Shown: positions 12,060 to 25,535, counted from the first letter of the whole stretch. The stretch is DNA of 63,737 nucleotides, filler included, from Lama guanicoe (GCA_013239625.1; 210 parts of 210 records of this genome joined end to end with filler, not necessarily neighbours in it); one strand, 5' to 3'. The notes: generated by a model from the sequence alone, not told the origin. Program-made: numbers and translations.

Positions 12060-14287
12060 NNNNNNNNNNNNNNNNNNNNNNNNNNNNNNNNNNNNNNNNN
12101 NNNTTAATTAATTAANNNNNNNNNNNNNNNNNNNNNNNNNNNNNNNNNNNNNNNNNNNNGCCAGAGCTGGTAACCAGGCTCCAAGGAGATCAGGGTGGAG
12201 CGCAGACACTATTTCTACCAGGGTGTTCCCAGTTCTGTAACAGAGAGAATATAAGTGCTCATTTATTTCAAATGCTTGTATATGCAGAGAAAAAAACTTC
12301 ACAGATATAAGGCGAGTTATTAACTGTAGGCAGTAAGATTGGAGAAAGGAAACTTTCACATACNNNNNNNNNNNNNNNNNNNNNNNNNNNNNNNNNNNNN
12401 NNNNNNNTTAATTAATTAANNNNNNNNNNNNNNNNNNNNNNNNNNNNNNNNNNNNNNNNNNNNATACATATTCTTCATTTAAATTATTTCCAAACTGTAT
12501 TACTTATGAAGGGAAAAAAGCATGAAGTATTTACTGGACAACTATTTAGGTGTTCTTATCCCCTGCCAAAATTAAAAAAAATAATGATCCAGGATAAAAG
12601 AAAGTTTATAAATTCTTCTGATTCCCTTGAAAATAAAAATTAATAAAATCATGACTTACAGGATATTNNNNNNNNNNNNNNNNNNNNNNNNNNNNNNNNN
12701 NNNNNNNNNNNTTAATTAATTAANNNNNNNNNNNNNNNNNNNNNNNNNNNNNNNNNNNNNNNNNNNNGAAAACCAGGTTACCCAGGTCAGCACGCCCGTG
12801 GACGGGAACAAGGGAAGTGAGACAATGTAGCACTAAACACTGTCAAAGCAAACCAAACCAAAAACCCAAGGCCAGTCGGATACAGGTGGAGTTCAGCTTC
12901 AAAAACTCCTACCTGGATGGCGGAAATACTCACGATCGTCACCCTTCAAAGGTCAAGGGTGGTGTTCAAAANNNNNNNNNNNNNNNNNNNNNNNNNNNNN
13001 NNNNNNNNNNNNNNNTTAATTAATTAANNNNNNNNNNNNNNNNNNNNNNNNNNNNNNNNNNNNNNNNNNNNGAATCTTAGGGGTAAGTTTTGCTTTCCTA
13101 GAAGTAAGCAGTTCCAGAGTCTCAAAAGTGAGATAATGCCACTGGGCCAGGGAACTGGACGGTGCTGGCAGGAAAGTAGCGGCCCTGCCTGGGCTTCCCA
13201 TCTCACCTTGATGGTGGAATTCCAGATATCAAAATTGTGAGAAATAAATTTCTGTTGTTTAAGTCACCCAGTCTGNNNNNNNNNNNNNNNNNNNNNNNNN
13301 NNNNNNNNNNNNNNNNNNNTTAATTAATTAANNNNNNNNNNNNNNNNNNNNNNNNNNNNNNNNNNNNNNNNNNNNCTGCCTTCCATTTTAAAGGCACTTA
13401 GAAAATCTTAAATTTAGGGACCTCGGAGGTCATCATCCCTTCTTCTGTCAGGATAGAAATCCTCTGCAGAACATTCCTAGCAGACTGCTGGAACCCTTCC
13501 CTGCACTTGGGGCTTCTCAAACTTCTCCCCCAACGTGCTCTAAGGAAATAATTTTTATCGGCAAAGAAGTAGTTGTAGANNNNNNNNNNNNNNNNNNNNN
13601 NNNNNNNNNNNNNNNNNNNNNNNTTAATTAATTAANNNNNNNNNNNNNNNNNNNNNNNNNNNNNNNNNNNNNNNNNNNNGTTCTAAGCTTTTTATGACTG
13701 TGAGATTTCCCATCTCTGTAATAGTCAGGTTTAGTTCCAAGGATAACCTAAACTATGAAAGGCACGGTTACGCCGCTGATTTCAACCTTGACAACCTAGA
13801 CATGTAGTTCTCCTAATACCGACAAAGATCTGCTGTAAAGAGGTACGTAGGGTGAGAGTCATTTCTTCTGTTTGGGGGGATTTNNNNNNNNNNNNNNNNN
13901 NNNNNNNNNNNNNNNNNNNNNNNNNNNTTAATTAATTAANNNNNNNNNNNNNNNNNNNNNNNNNNNNNNNNNNNNNNNNNNNNCCAGGTCCACCCCTCGG
14001 CCCCGCCCCTTTCAGCAGCAGTGACTTTTGGAGAAGTCCTGGGACTTCTCCCACGACCCCTCCTCTCCGAGGCCCCACAGGGGCCACCCCCAGGCAGCCT
14101 GGCCTCCTGCTCCGGTGCCCTGGCCCTGAGCATGCCCTGCCACGAGGGCTGCTCTGGGGCCCCTCATGCAGGGGCCTTCCCTTCCCANNNNNNNNNNNNN
14201 NNNNNNNNNNNNNNNNNNNNNNNNNNNNNNNTTAATTAATTAANNNNNNNNNNNNNNNNNNNNNNNNNNNNNNNNNNNNNNNNNNNN

Positions 14288-14491
14288 GTAAATACAAAAC
14301 AGAAATAGACTCATAGACATAGAATACAAACTTGTGTCTGCCAAGGGGTTGGCGGGGGTTGGGGGGAGGGATAGACAGGATTTCAAAATTGTAGAAAAGA
14401 CAAACAAGATTGCACTGCAGAGCACAGGGAAATTTACACAAGATCTTGTGGCAGCTCACAGAGAAAAAAATGTGACAATGAATATATATAT
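14288..14491 (+). mobile_element. LINE-1 3' UTR fragment (cetartiodactyl type; related pieces at 17328-17531 and 62622-62825)
   Basis: TACAAAACAGAAATAGACTCATAGACATAGAATACAAACTTGTG...G-rich tract...AGCACAGGGAA. Confidence 0.8.
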
Positions 14492-14591
14492 NNNNNNNNN
14501 NNNNNNNNNNNNNNNNNNNNNNNNNNNNNNNNNNNTTAATTAATTAANNNNNNNNNNNNNNNNNNNNNNNNNNNNNNNNNNNNNNNNNNNN

Positions 14592-14795
14592 CCCTCCTGC
14601 ACTGCTGGTGGGAATGTAGTTTGGTGCAGTCATTATGGAAGACAGCATGGAGATTCCTCAAAAAACTAAAAACAGACTTACCATAAGATCCAGCAATCCC
14701 TCTCCTGGGTACACATCTGGAGGGAACTCTAACTGAAAAAGACACCTGCACCCCAATGTTTATAGCAGCACTATTTACAACAGCCAAGACATGGA
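14592..14795 (+). mobile_element. LINE-1 ORF2 C-terminal (Cys-rich) fragment with one in-frame stop
   Basis: The frame from 14594 reads [66 protein letters not shown]. Confidence 0.95.
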
Positions 14796-15807
14796 NNNNN
14801 NNNNNNNNNNNNNNNNNNNNNNNNNNNNNNNNNNNNNNNTTAATTAATTAANNNNNNNNNNNNNNNNNNNNNNNNNNNNNNNNNNNNNNNNNNNNGTTCA
14901 CTTCTAAACTTCTAGCCCTGGGGGCAGCCTCAGACTCCAGGAGGGCAGAAAGGGTTCCCTATCCTGTGTTAGGCGTTTGATATATACCACCTCACCAAGT
15001 ACTTAGGAATATTTAATTATTAGTCTTAAATTATCAGCCCTAAAAATTAAAAAAAAAATAGTCCTAGAAATTACTATTTTTCAAATAAGGGAACAGCCTN
15101 NNNNNNNNNNNNNNNNNNNNNNNNNNNNNNNNNNNNNNNNNNNTTAATTAATTAANNNNNNNNNNNNNNNNNNNNNNNNNNNNNNNNNNNNNNNNNNNNT
15201 TTAACTGAGAATTATATGATTCCACTATTCTCCCTTCTTAGTATGTCAATTATACTTCTTTTCCAAACTATTTTTTAGTGGTTGCCGTAGAGTTGGCAAT
15301 ATACATTTACAACTAATCTGAATCCCCTTTAAATAACACTATAGCACTGCAAGCGTAGTACAAGTACTTTATAATAACAAAGTATTCTTAATACCTCACT
15401 CCTNNNNNNNNNNNNNNNNNNNNNNNNNNNNNNNNNNNNNNNNNNNNTTAATTAATTAANNNNNNNNNNNNNNNNNNNNNNNNNNNNNNNNNNNNNNNNN
15501 NNNCCCCAAGGAGGAGGATATGTGGGCCAGCCGATACTAGCTGGAGTGCACATGAGGACAGGACCACAGCTGCGGGGCTGGGACCCAGGGAGGAGTCAGC
15601 CGGTCTGGCCCCCAGACCTCCTGGGCAGGTGAACCATTGGGGAGTTTCCCTCTGAGGTGGGAGGACGCGGGTGGCCTCTCCAGTCCCCCAGCCTGTGGTC
15701 TCTTGGCNNNNNNNNNNNNNNNNNNNNNNNNNNNNNNNNNNNNNNNNNNNNTTAATTAATTAANNNNNNNNNNNNNNNNNNNNNNNNNNNNNNNNNNNNN
15801 NNNNNNN

Positions 15808-16011
15808 CTCTTAGAAGAAAACATAGGCAAAACATTATCTGACATACACCTCAGCAATGTTCTCCTAGGGCAATCTACCCAAACAACAGAAATTAAAAGG
15901 CAAAATAAACAAATGGGACCTAATTAAACTTACCAGCTTTTGCACAGCAATAGAAACCATAGGCAAAACAAAAAGACAACCTATGGAATGGGAGAAAGTA
16001 TTTGCAAAAGA
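15808..16011 (+). mobile_element. LINE-1 ORF2 fragment (frameshifted)
   Basis: LLEENIGKTLSDI... then [36 protein letters not shown] after a frameshift. Confidence 0.93.
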
Positions 16012-16111
16012 NNNNNNNNNNNNNNNNNNNNNNNNNNNNNNNNNNNNNNNNNNNNTTAATTAATTAANNNNNNNNNNNNNNNNNNNNNNNNNNNNNNNNN
16101 NNNNNNNNNNN

Positions 16112-16315
16112 GCCGCCGCCGCTGGCCGGAGGGAGCAGGGCCGGCTGCTAGGCCGACCCGCAGAGCCGCAGCCACTCCGACCGACCGCCGCCCGCCTTCC
16201 TGACAAACTAACCCTCGGGTGGGCGGTGGGCGGTGGGAGGGGCGGGGGTGGAGGAGGGCGCCGGGCGGGGCCGGGAAGCGCACGCGCGCGGATTGGCTCC
16301 CGTGGCCCGGGGGCG
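16112..16315 (-). promoter_or_regulatory. CpG-island promoter fragment (gene unidentified)
   Basis: Very high GC and CpG, four GGGCGG GC boxes between 16221 and 16270, an NRF1-like GCGCACGCGC and ATTGG (CCAAT on minus) at 16292-16296. Strand is inferred. Confidence 0.7.
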
Positions 16316-17631
16316 NNNNNNNNNNNNNNNNNNNNNNNNNNNNNNNNNNNNNNNNNNNNTTAATTAATTAANNNNNNNNNNNNNNNNNNNNNNNNNNNNN
16401 NNNNNNNNNNNNNNNATGACAGCTCAGGTTCTTCCTGGTAACTGAACGCTCCTTCTTTTTGCTCGCCTTTGGTATTTGGTAATGGCTCTCTGCAAACTCC
16501 TGCCTGCCTTTTCTGCCCTTCAGAGGAGCCTGTGGAAAGGATGGACCTTGCTGGACTCCATGGAGCCAAAGGGAGCCCTGGATGTCAGCATGAGAGCCAC
16601 AGGTGGGCTTGAGCTGGCANNNNNNNNNNNNNNNNNNNNNNNNNNNNNNNNNNNNNNNNNNNNTTAATTAATTAANNNNNNNNNNNNNNNNNNNNNNNNN
16701 NNNNNNNNNNNNNNNNNNNGAAAAAAGGAAGAGAGAAAGTAAGACAAGGGAGAGAAAGGCAAGAAAAACCTTGCATGGAGGAAGGAGGAGAAAGAAAGAG
16801 AAGGGACAAAATGACGGCACTGGAGGAAGAGCCAGAAGCAAAGGATGGAGGCTAGGGAGAGGTCCAGGGAACAAAGCAGCCTGACCGCCCCTCCTGGTCC
16901 CTCCGTGACATCGGAGCTCCTGCNNNNNNNNNNNNNNNNNNNNNNNNNNNNNNNNNNNNNNNNNNNNTTAATTAATTAANNNNNNNNNNNNNNNNNNNNN
17001 NNNNNNNNNNNNNNNNNNNNNNNAGAGAAAAATGAAGTTTGTACCCTGAAGAGAGCAGACACGGTCTGGAAGGAAGAACCCTTCTTCTTACCACCTTTCT
17101 TTCCAACAGACTCTAAGAGGAAGAGAAATCACAAGCAATCATAGTGCAGGCGTTCTCTGCCTGGGTTTTCTATATTGAGTAAAAGGTTAATTCTGTTGAA
17201 AGTTACCTGCTTCAGTTTCTCTTCCAGNNNNNNNNNNNNNNNNNNNNNNNNNNNNNNNNNNNNNNNNNNNNTTAATTAATTAANNNNNNNNNNNNNNNNN
17301 NNNNNNNNNNNNNNNNNNNNNNNNNNNATAAAAAATGACACAAACGAAATGATTTACAAAACAGAGGCAGACTCACAGACATGGAAAACAAACTTCTGGT
17401 TACCAATGGCAGGTGAGGGATAAATCAGGAGTATAGGATTGACAGAGACACACTACCACGTATGAAATGGATAGACAACGAGGATTTGCTGAACAGCACA
17501 GAGGACTATGTTTGGTATCTTGTAATAACCTNNNNNNNNNNNNNNNNNNNNNNNNNNNNNNNNNNNNNNNNNNNNTTAATTAATTAANNNNNNNNNNNNN
17601 NNNNNNNNNNNNNNNNNNNNNNNNNNNNNNN

Positions 17632-17798
17632 TCACTCGGAGCCGTTCCCCCCCTCTTCCTCGCTCTCCTCGCAAGAGGCGGGTTTTTCGCTCTCGCACCC
17701 CCACGCCCCCACCCGCTGCTCTCCGCCGAAGCTTCGCGACGACTTTCCAAACTCCGCGCTCCTCCGGGCGCGCGCGGCCAACTCGGCGAGCGGCCCCG

Positions 17799-17835
<37 letters not shown>
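17632..17835. promoter_or_regulatory. CpG-island / 5' UTR fragment with (GGC)10 at 17803-17832
   Basis: CpG-dense sequence ending in a perfect trinucleotide run. Confidence 0.7.
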
Positions 17836-19759
17836 NNNNNNNNNNNNNNNNNNNNNNNNNNNNNNNNNNNNNNNNNNNNTTAATTAATTAANNNNNNNNN
17901 NNNNNNNNNNNNNNNNNNNNNNNNNNNNNNNNNNNCTTTAGTGCTCCTGTCAGCATTTGCCATTCTGCTCTTTTACACAGTGTTTGGGTTTCTAACACGA
18001 ACTATTGTCAATCTACATGTGCTCCATCCGTTTTGTAGCTATTTAACCTGAAGTGCAGGAGTCTTCATTCATTTTTTTCTGTTCATCCTGTTGGTTTTAG
18101 TTTAAAAATCTGAACAGTATGTCAAGTTTCTTGAGCCTGNNNNNNNNNNNNNNNNNNNNNNNNNNNNNNNNNNNNNNNNNNNNTTAATTAATTAANNNNN
18201 NNNNNNNNNNNNNNNNNNNNNNNNNNNNNNNNNNNNNNNTGTCTATACTCAGTTTTATCTGTTTAGATATTTTGATGAAAACACTGACAACCAGAGTTAC
18301 TGCTGATATCCGAGCCACTTCTCCATCCTCGGTTAGTCCTGTCAAAGATATAAAGTGTAGCAAGTGGTTGGAACAATAGCATTAGTAAATACCAAAATGT
18401 AAAGCCCGTCCGTACATTCTCGTGTTTTCTGTGCTTGTTTACANNNNNNNNNNNNNNNNNNNNNNNNNNNNNNNNNNNNNNNNNNNNTTAATTAATTAAN
18501 NNNNNNNNNNNNNNNNNNNNNNNNNNNNNNNNNNNNNNNNNNNGAGAAACAGCCTGTGAGCTGCTAGTTGGCGAGTTAAGGCTAGAGAGGGTGCGTGCAG
18601 GGGCTTGGATTCGGAGGTCATGTAACCGAGGACATGGGTCGCGGCTCCGCAGCAGGAGCGCTGGAGGCACAGAGGGAGGTGGGACCCGACAGGGAAACGT
18701 TCTGCAGGCACACTGGAGGGCTTGATAATGTGCTGGACAGATGGACANNNNNNNNNNNNNNNNNNNNNNNNNNNNNNNNNNNNNNNNNNNNTTAATTAAT
18801 TAANNNNNNNNNNNNNNNNNNNNNNNNNNNNNNNNNNNNNNNNNNNNGGCCATAAACATGAATAAGGTTGCGTGTGATGACTGAGGTCCGGATATTAAAG
18901 TGAAACTTCAGGATGAGGAGAGAGTGATCACAGAGGGCGCCTGGACGAGCGTGACGCCAGGGCACACGGGCACCTACTCAAATGTCACGGCCAGGCTCCT
19001 CTGTGCCCCGCATCACCCTGGCCCTGGCACAGAATGGGAGCTGACGCCTGTNNNNNNNNNNNNNNNNNNNNNNNNNNNNNNNNNNNNNNNNNNNNTTAAT
19101 TAATTAANNNNNNNNNNNNNNNNNNNNNNNNNNNNNNNNNNNNNNNNNNNNAACAGCCCTGCCAATACTTTGACTTCAGCAGGCTTCTGTGTTCAAGAAC
19201 CCTACGAGGTTAAATTTGTGTTGTTTAGTGGAAACTTTTTCTTTCTTCTTCCTACTACCATGATGTTTGGGGATACTTGTTACAACAGCAACAGGAAGCA
19301 AATACAGTGAGCTCCTTGAAATGTTCAGAAATTGCAGATAACACTGGACTGTCCANNNNNNNNNNNNNNNNNNNNNNNNNNNNNNNNNNNNNNNNNNNNT
19401 TAATTAATTAANNNNNNNNNNNNNNNNNNNNNNNNNNNNNNNNNNNNNNNNNNNNTCATCAGTGATGCAACCAAAAAGCTGAGAAATGTCCGTCAAAGTT
19501 CAGCCTGATGTGCTGTCATCGTCCGGTAATCTGACCAAGTGCCAGCAGGAGCGAGGCAGAAAACAGACCCGCCCCGCCGCGATCTTACAGGGTGAAGTGA
19601 CAACCCTTCAACTCAGCTGCCTTGGGAGCAGACTCAGCTCTCCAGGACTGTATTCGCCANNNNNNNNNNNNNNNNNNNNNNNNNNNNNNNNNNNNNNNNN
19701 NNNTTAATTAATTAANNNNNNNNNNNNNNNNNNNNNNNNNNNNNNNNNNNNNNNNNNNN

Positions 19760-19963
19760 TTTAGTGGTCTGGACAGAAGATCCAACCAGCCACAACATTC
19801 ACTTAAGCTGAAACCTAATCCAGAAGCAAGGCCCTAACTCTCTTTAATTCTGTGAAGGCTGAGAGAGGTAAGGAAGGTGCAGAAAGAAAGTTAGATGCTA
19901 GCGGAGACTGGTTTGTGAGGTTTAGGGAAAGACGCCATCTCCAGAAGATAAATGCGTAGGGTG
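19760..19963 (+). mobile_element. Tigger1 transposase fragment (degenerate)
   Basis: LVVWTEDPTSHNIHLS*NLIQ / [14 protein letters not shown]...[13 protein letters not shown] matches the Tigger1 CENP-B-like HTH region; contains stops and a frameshift. Confidence 0.9.
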
Positions 19964-22495
19964 NNNNNNNNNNNNNNNNNNNNNNNNNNNNNNNNNNNNN
20001 NNNNNNNTTAATTAATTAANNNNNNNNNNNNNNNNNNNNNNNNNNNNNNNNNNNNNNNNNNNNACAAAGGATTAATCCATTAATCCTCTCCAGGGGCCTC
20101 TGATGTCACCCAGAGGCACTCTCCCTACCCTGTCCCCGTGGATCTCAGGGTAATCTGAGAAGTGGAAACCGTGTTGGCTGCCAACACATCTTCTCAATTG
20201 CTTAACAATCATTAGATATGTTTTAGGAAAGAAGCCGGCTTAAGTATATACGTAAAAAAAAAGCAATNNNNNNNNNNNNNNNNNNNNNNNNNNNNNNNNN
20301 NNNNNNNNNNNTTAATTAATTAANNNNNNNNNNNNNNNNNNNNNNNNNNNNNNNNNNNNNNNNNNNNCCCTGGGTACACAACCAGAAAATCAAACAGAAG
20401 AACTCTTACGTCCGAACACTTGTACAAGTCTATTCAGCTTTCTTAAAAGTGCTGAACTTAGAAAAAGCTTAAATACAGTATGATTTGTACAAATATTGTA
20501 GCAGCATTTATCTAAGGGAACGCTACCTATCAATAAGAAAGCCTAGACTGCTGACATGTGCAACAACGTGGNNNNNNNNNNNNNNNNNNNNNNNNNNNNN
20601 NNNNNNNNNNNNNNNTTAATTAATTAANNNNNNNNNNNNNNNNNNNNNNNNNNNNNNNNNNNNNNNNNNNNCATGAATGCGGGCAACCTGCTAAAATACC
20701 AAAGACTACAAGAAGAGCGAATTAGATTACTGAAATGGATCAGTGCTCATCAATCTTAATTGAAACTGCCAGAAACTCCGTGTTCTGTTTTATCTTAAAT
20801 ACCATGAAAAACAAATAGACCCCAGAATGTCACTTACTGATGGTGAGACAGCAGCAGCATCTTTCTGCATTCAGGNNNNNNNNNNNNNNNNNNNNNNNNN
20901 NNNNNNNNNNNNNNNNNNNTTAATTAATTAANNNNNNNNNNNNNNNNNNNNNNNNNNNNNNNNNNNNNNNNNNNNTTACTCGAATAATCCAAAGACTGCC
21001 ATAATTTGGATTCTGGCTTTGCCAGTCAACACCTGAGTAAGCTAAGCAAGCAAGCTAAACAAGTGCTCTCAACCTCGGTACCCTTGTTTGCACAGAAAAA
21101 AAAACATAATAAAAATGTATTATTTACAATGTTGATTTGAGGATTACGTAAAATACTAATTCCACTACACGAGGCACTTNNNNNNNNNNNNNNNNNNNNN
21201 NNNNNNNNNNNNNNNNNNNNNNNTTAATTAATTAANNNNNNNNNNNNNNNNNNNNNNNNNNNNNNNNNNNNNNNNNNNNGTCTGATGTGCTGCTCTCGAG
21301 TCCAGCTGTGCGGAGGGCATCCTGGGCCTCACTTATCCTTGTGTCTGAATCTTTCTTTCCTGGATCATTTATTATCACTTTTCTTGATTTACATTCTCCT
21401 TCCTATGACTTTTAAAGCAAATTTGTCTGTTCAATAAACTTTCTGACACTTTGCTTATCAGTAAATATCACCTTGTTGCTTTCNNNNNNNNNNNNNNNNN
21501 NNNNNNNNNNNNNNNNNNNNNNNNNNNTTAATTAATTAANNNNNNNNNNNNNNNNNNNNNNNNNNNNNNNNNNNNNNNNNNNNAGACGACATGATCCCCT
21601 TTGCTTCTCAGGCTTCAACCCCAATAACCCTTCTGCACAGAAAGTCCCTAAGGCAGCCCTCCTTTTGTGGCAGTGAGCTGGGGTGAAGGGTGGGGCAAAG
21701 ATACTCACATGACAGACAAGACCAGCCCTTGGTTAACAATAACCCTTCAGGTAGACTTTCGTAGACTCTCATGGAGAGGGAATCCTCNNNNNNNNNNNNN
21801 NNNNNNNNNNNNNNNNNNNNNNNNNNNNNNNTTAATTAATTAANNNNNNNNNNNNNNNNNNNNNNNNNNNNNNNNNNNNNNNNNNNNTGATCCACGCCTC
21901 TCGTCTCCCCGTGGCTTCTGTGCTGTGTCGGTTTGTAATGTCCGATTTGCCTGTACCGGTCAGTTAGGCAGGAGTTATCCTCTTTCCTTCCTCCTTCAGT
22001 CTATGTCCGGGGCCCAGACCTCAGCTGGACCCAAGCAGGCTGAAGGATTGGCATGGGGAGGCGGAAGCTCTTTTCAATCACTTTTTGGTCANNNNNNNNN
22101 NNNNNNNNNNNNNNNNNNNNNNNNNNNNNNNNNNNTTAATTAATTAANNNNNNNNNNNNNNNNNNNNNNNNNNNNNNNNNNNNNNNNNNNNAACTGCATT
22201 CAAAATAGCATCAAAAAGAATATAACAGACAGTTATAAATTTTACAAGAGAAATACAAAACTTGTAACAACATTTTTAATTGCCCTTCAAAATGCACCAT
22301 TAAGGAAATTAAAAGAAAGCCAAAAACTGGCAGAAAATATTTGTAAATCACATATTTTATGAAGGATTTGTATCCAGATCATATAAAGGACTCTTNNNNN
22401 NNNNNNNNNNNNNNNNNNNNNNNNNNNNNNNNNNNNNNNTTAATTAATTAANNNNNNNNNNNNNNNNNNNNNNNNNNNNNNNNNNNNNNNNNNNN

Positions 22496-22699
22496 AAAGA
22501 CGTCCTTCAACTAGCAAGTTGGGAACACAAATTTTCTTTTAATTCGGAATGTACAATACTTATATATATATGGGGCAGAACTGCTCCATCTCAATATTAC
22601 TTTGAACACTGCAGGAAATTCAAACCGGCCCTAGGAATGAAAATTAGATTTCAGGGTGTGTGTACCACTTGCAACCCGTTTCCGTGCTTCTAGTTTAAC
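22496..22699 (+). repeat. ~248-bp satellite family, diverged copy
   Basis: Shares AAAG.CGTC.TTCA.CTAGC, GGGAACA, TATATATGGGG and GCAGG..ATTCAAACCG.C.CTAGGAA in the same order as 5473-5675. Confidence 0.75.
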
Positions 22700-23407
22700 N
22701 NNNNNNNNNNNNNNNNNNNNNNNNNNNNNNNNNNNNNNNNNNNTTAATTAATTAANNNNNNNNNNNNNNNNNNNNNNNNNNNNNNNNNNNNNNNNNNNNA
22801 CTGGTCCTTATTGGGCGCCTATGGAGGGCTTCGCAAAATCTTGCCACACGGGGATGTGAAAGAGATGCAAGATGGAGCTTCGAAGCTATGTTGTGAGCCC
22901 TCCTAGCACGGTGCCAGGTGGAGCCAGACCTCCCTCTGGTCTCACCTCCTGGAGCAGCATGGTGACGCTTTCACGGGTAAATGACTATAAGAATGACACG
23001 TGGNNNNNNNNNNNNNNNNNNNNNNNNNNNNNNNNNNNNNNNNNNNNTTAATTAATTAANNNNNNNNNNNNNNNNNNNNNNNNNNNNNNNNNNNNNNNNN
23101 NNNGTGTCCCAGGCAACCCCTTGATCCTGTCACCCTACAAGTGGCAGACCCTGAGGTTAGCCCGTGTCCTACCACTCAAAGCCCCACCAAGACGGTGCAG
23201 CCTCCTCTCATCATCACCCCACTTTAAAAATAGGGAGACTGGGCCTCGAGGGGGCGAGCAGGTTGCCCGAGGCCGCTCAGCCAGGAAGTGGCAGGACTGA
23301 TGTCAGANNNNNNNNNNNNNNNNNNNNNNNNNNNNNNNNNNNNNNNNNNNNTTAATTAATTAANNNNNNNNNNNNNNNNNNNNNNNNNNNNNNNNNNNNN
23401 NNNNNNN

Positions 23408-23611
23408 CAGCAGTCTTCTGCACACTCACGGTTGTGCAGCCCTCACCACCATCTATATCCAGAATGCTCCATCATCCCAAAAGAAACCCCCAGTCCACTA
23501 GTTGTCACTCCCCATCCCCCTCCACCCAGCCCCTTGCAACCATCACCTGCTCTCTGCCTCTTCATGTGCCTATTCTGGGCATTTCAGATCACTGAAGTCA
23601 ACAATATGTGG
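23408..23611 (-). mobile_element. L1MB-type LINE-1 3' end (similar at 52894-53097)
   Basis: GTTGTGCAGCCCTCACCACCATCTA..CCAGAA...CCCAAAAGAAACCCC...TGCCTATTCTGGGCATTTCA. Confidence 0.75.
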
Positions 23612-24319
23612 NNNNNNNNNNNNNNNNNNNNNNNNNNNNNNNNNNNNNNNNNNNNTTAATTAATTAANNNNNNNNNNNNNNNNNNNNNNNNNNNNNNNNN
23701 NNNNNNNNNNNCTTGAGCGTCGGTAAGAAGAGCAGCAATGGACGGAAACACATCAAATTTTCTTAAACCCACGAGTTAATAAAGATTCTTTTTAAGGTCA
23801 CTCGTCTCCTAGTGAATCAACTCATGATGATGAAGACTGGTAAAAGGAAAGAATCAAACATTTACCCTGCCTTTCAGTCACCCAATTATTTTGGAAAGCA
23901 AGTAATTAACACGGGNNNNNNNNNNNNNNNNNNNNNNNNNNNNNNNNNNNNNNNNNNNNTTAATTAATTAANNNNNNNNNNNNNNNNNNNNNNNNNNNNN
24001 NNNNNNNNNNNNNNNCTAGACCTGAATGAAAATCTTAGCTCAGCCACAAACAAGTTTAGTGAAATTAGGGATTTTATATAAAGATCAATTATTCTCAGTT
24101 TTCTTATACATAAATGGGAATGATACTATGTAATGGGAATGATATACTTTATGAATTCCTCTACTGTGATGGTTACTTTAAGTGTCAATTTGATTAAACT
24201 ATTGCCCTAGAAATTTAATNNNNNNNNNNNNNNNNNNNNNNNNNNNNNNNNNNNNNNNNNNNNTTAATTAATTAANNNNNNNNNNNNNNNNNNNNNNNNN
24301 NNNNNNNNNNNNNNNNNNN

Positions 24320-24523
24320 TGGTCTCACAGGGCTGAACCCAGGGTGTGGGTGGGGCTGTGTTCTCTGGGCGGCCCGGGGAGAATCTGTCTCCCGGCCTTT
24401 CCCAGTTTCTAGGGGCGCCTGCATCCCTTGGCTCGTGGCCCATCCCCCATCTTCACAGCCAGCAGCGTAGCACCGTCACTCCCTGGCTCTGACTCTCCTG
24501 ACTCCTTCCCTGTGATCTCTGGG
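24320..24523 (-). mobile_element. MaLR (MLT1C/D-like) LTR fragment (other MLT1 pieces at 19152-19310, 33479-33641, 50158-50335)
   Basis: GGGAGAATCTGTCTCCCGGCCTTTCCCAGTTTCTAGGGGCGCCTGCATCCCTTGGCTCGTGGCCC. Confidence 0.75.
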
Positions 24524-25535
24524 NNNNNNNNNNNNNNNNNNNNNNNNNNNNNNNNNNNNNNNNNNNNTTAATTAATTAANNNNNNNNNNNNNNNNNNNNN
24601 NNNNNNNNNNNNNNNNNNNNNNNCCAGGGCATCTACATCCACGCTGCGCCCAGTGAAGCCAGAGGTCAGCGCCCTGGACAACCCTGTTGGCTACTTCGGG
24701 GCAGGGACCCTGAACTGCTGGCTTACAGCCCATGCTAGATGGGTACATGAGTGCAGTGGTCTGGGTCACAGAGCCCTCTGGAGACCTCTCGCTAGGCTGT
24801 ATCATCTTATTAAATTAAACATTTTAANNNNNNNNNNNNNNNNNNNNNNNNNNNNNNNNNNNNNNNNNNNNTTAATTAATTAANNNNNNNNNNNNNNNNN
24901 NNNNNNNNNNNNNNNNNNNNNNNNNNNAAATAAAGCCAACCTCGCCTCTGCGGCTGAACCCCCTAGAGCGCCCTGCGGGGTTGGCCTCAGGATGCCCGGA
25001 TGCGGCCCCGGCAGGCTCCGCGCTGAATTCTCAGTTGGTGGCAGAAGCATGGACTCACTTTGGGCAAGAAGTGACATTTCTTTTCCCATCAATCGCATTG
25101 AGCCTGTCATTTTGAAAGAGCAAACAGTTCCNNNNNNNNNNNNNNNNNNNNNNNNNNNNNNNNNNNNNNNNNNNNTTAATTAATTAANNNNNNNNNNNNN
25201 NNNNNNNNNNNNNNNNNNNNNNNNNNNNNNNCAGGCATGTTTTTTACTATCTTAAGGAAAAAAGGTGGCTAAAGAATGGGGGCTGAGCCCAGTTAATTAA
25301 GTACTATAAATAATGCACAGCAGCAACACGTGAAACACTAAGCCAAACACGGGATAAAGGCCGTCAGTTACTGTTACGCAAGATGCCATGACAGGCAGAC
25401 CGCCAATACCGGGGGGCTGACACAGAAGAAGTGTANNNNNNNNNNNNNNNNNNNNNNNNNNNNNNNNNNNNNNNNNNNNTTAATTAATTAANNNNNNNNN
25501 NNNNNNNNNNNNNNNNNNNNNNNNNNNNNNNNNNN

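Noticed and set aside
12768..21787. Isolated minus-strand splice-donor-like sites (GTGAGT/GTAAGT) in contigs 12768-12971, 20672-20875 and 21584-21787
   Set aside because: The upstream frames give no recognisable peptide, and such 6-mers occur frequently by chance.
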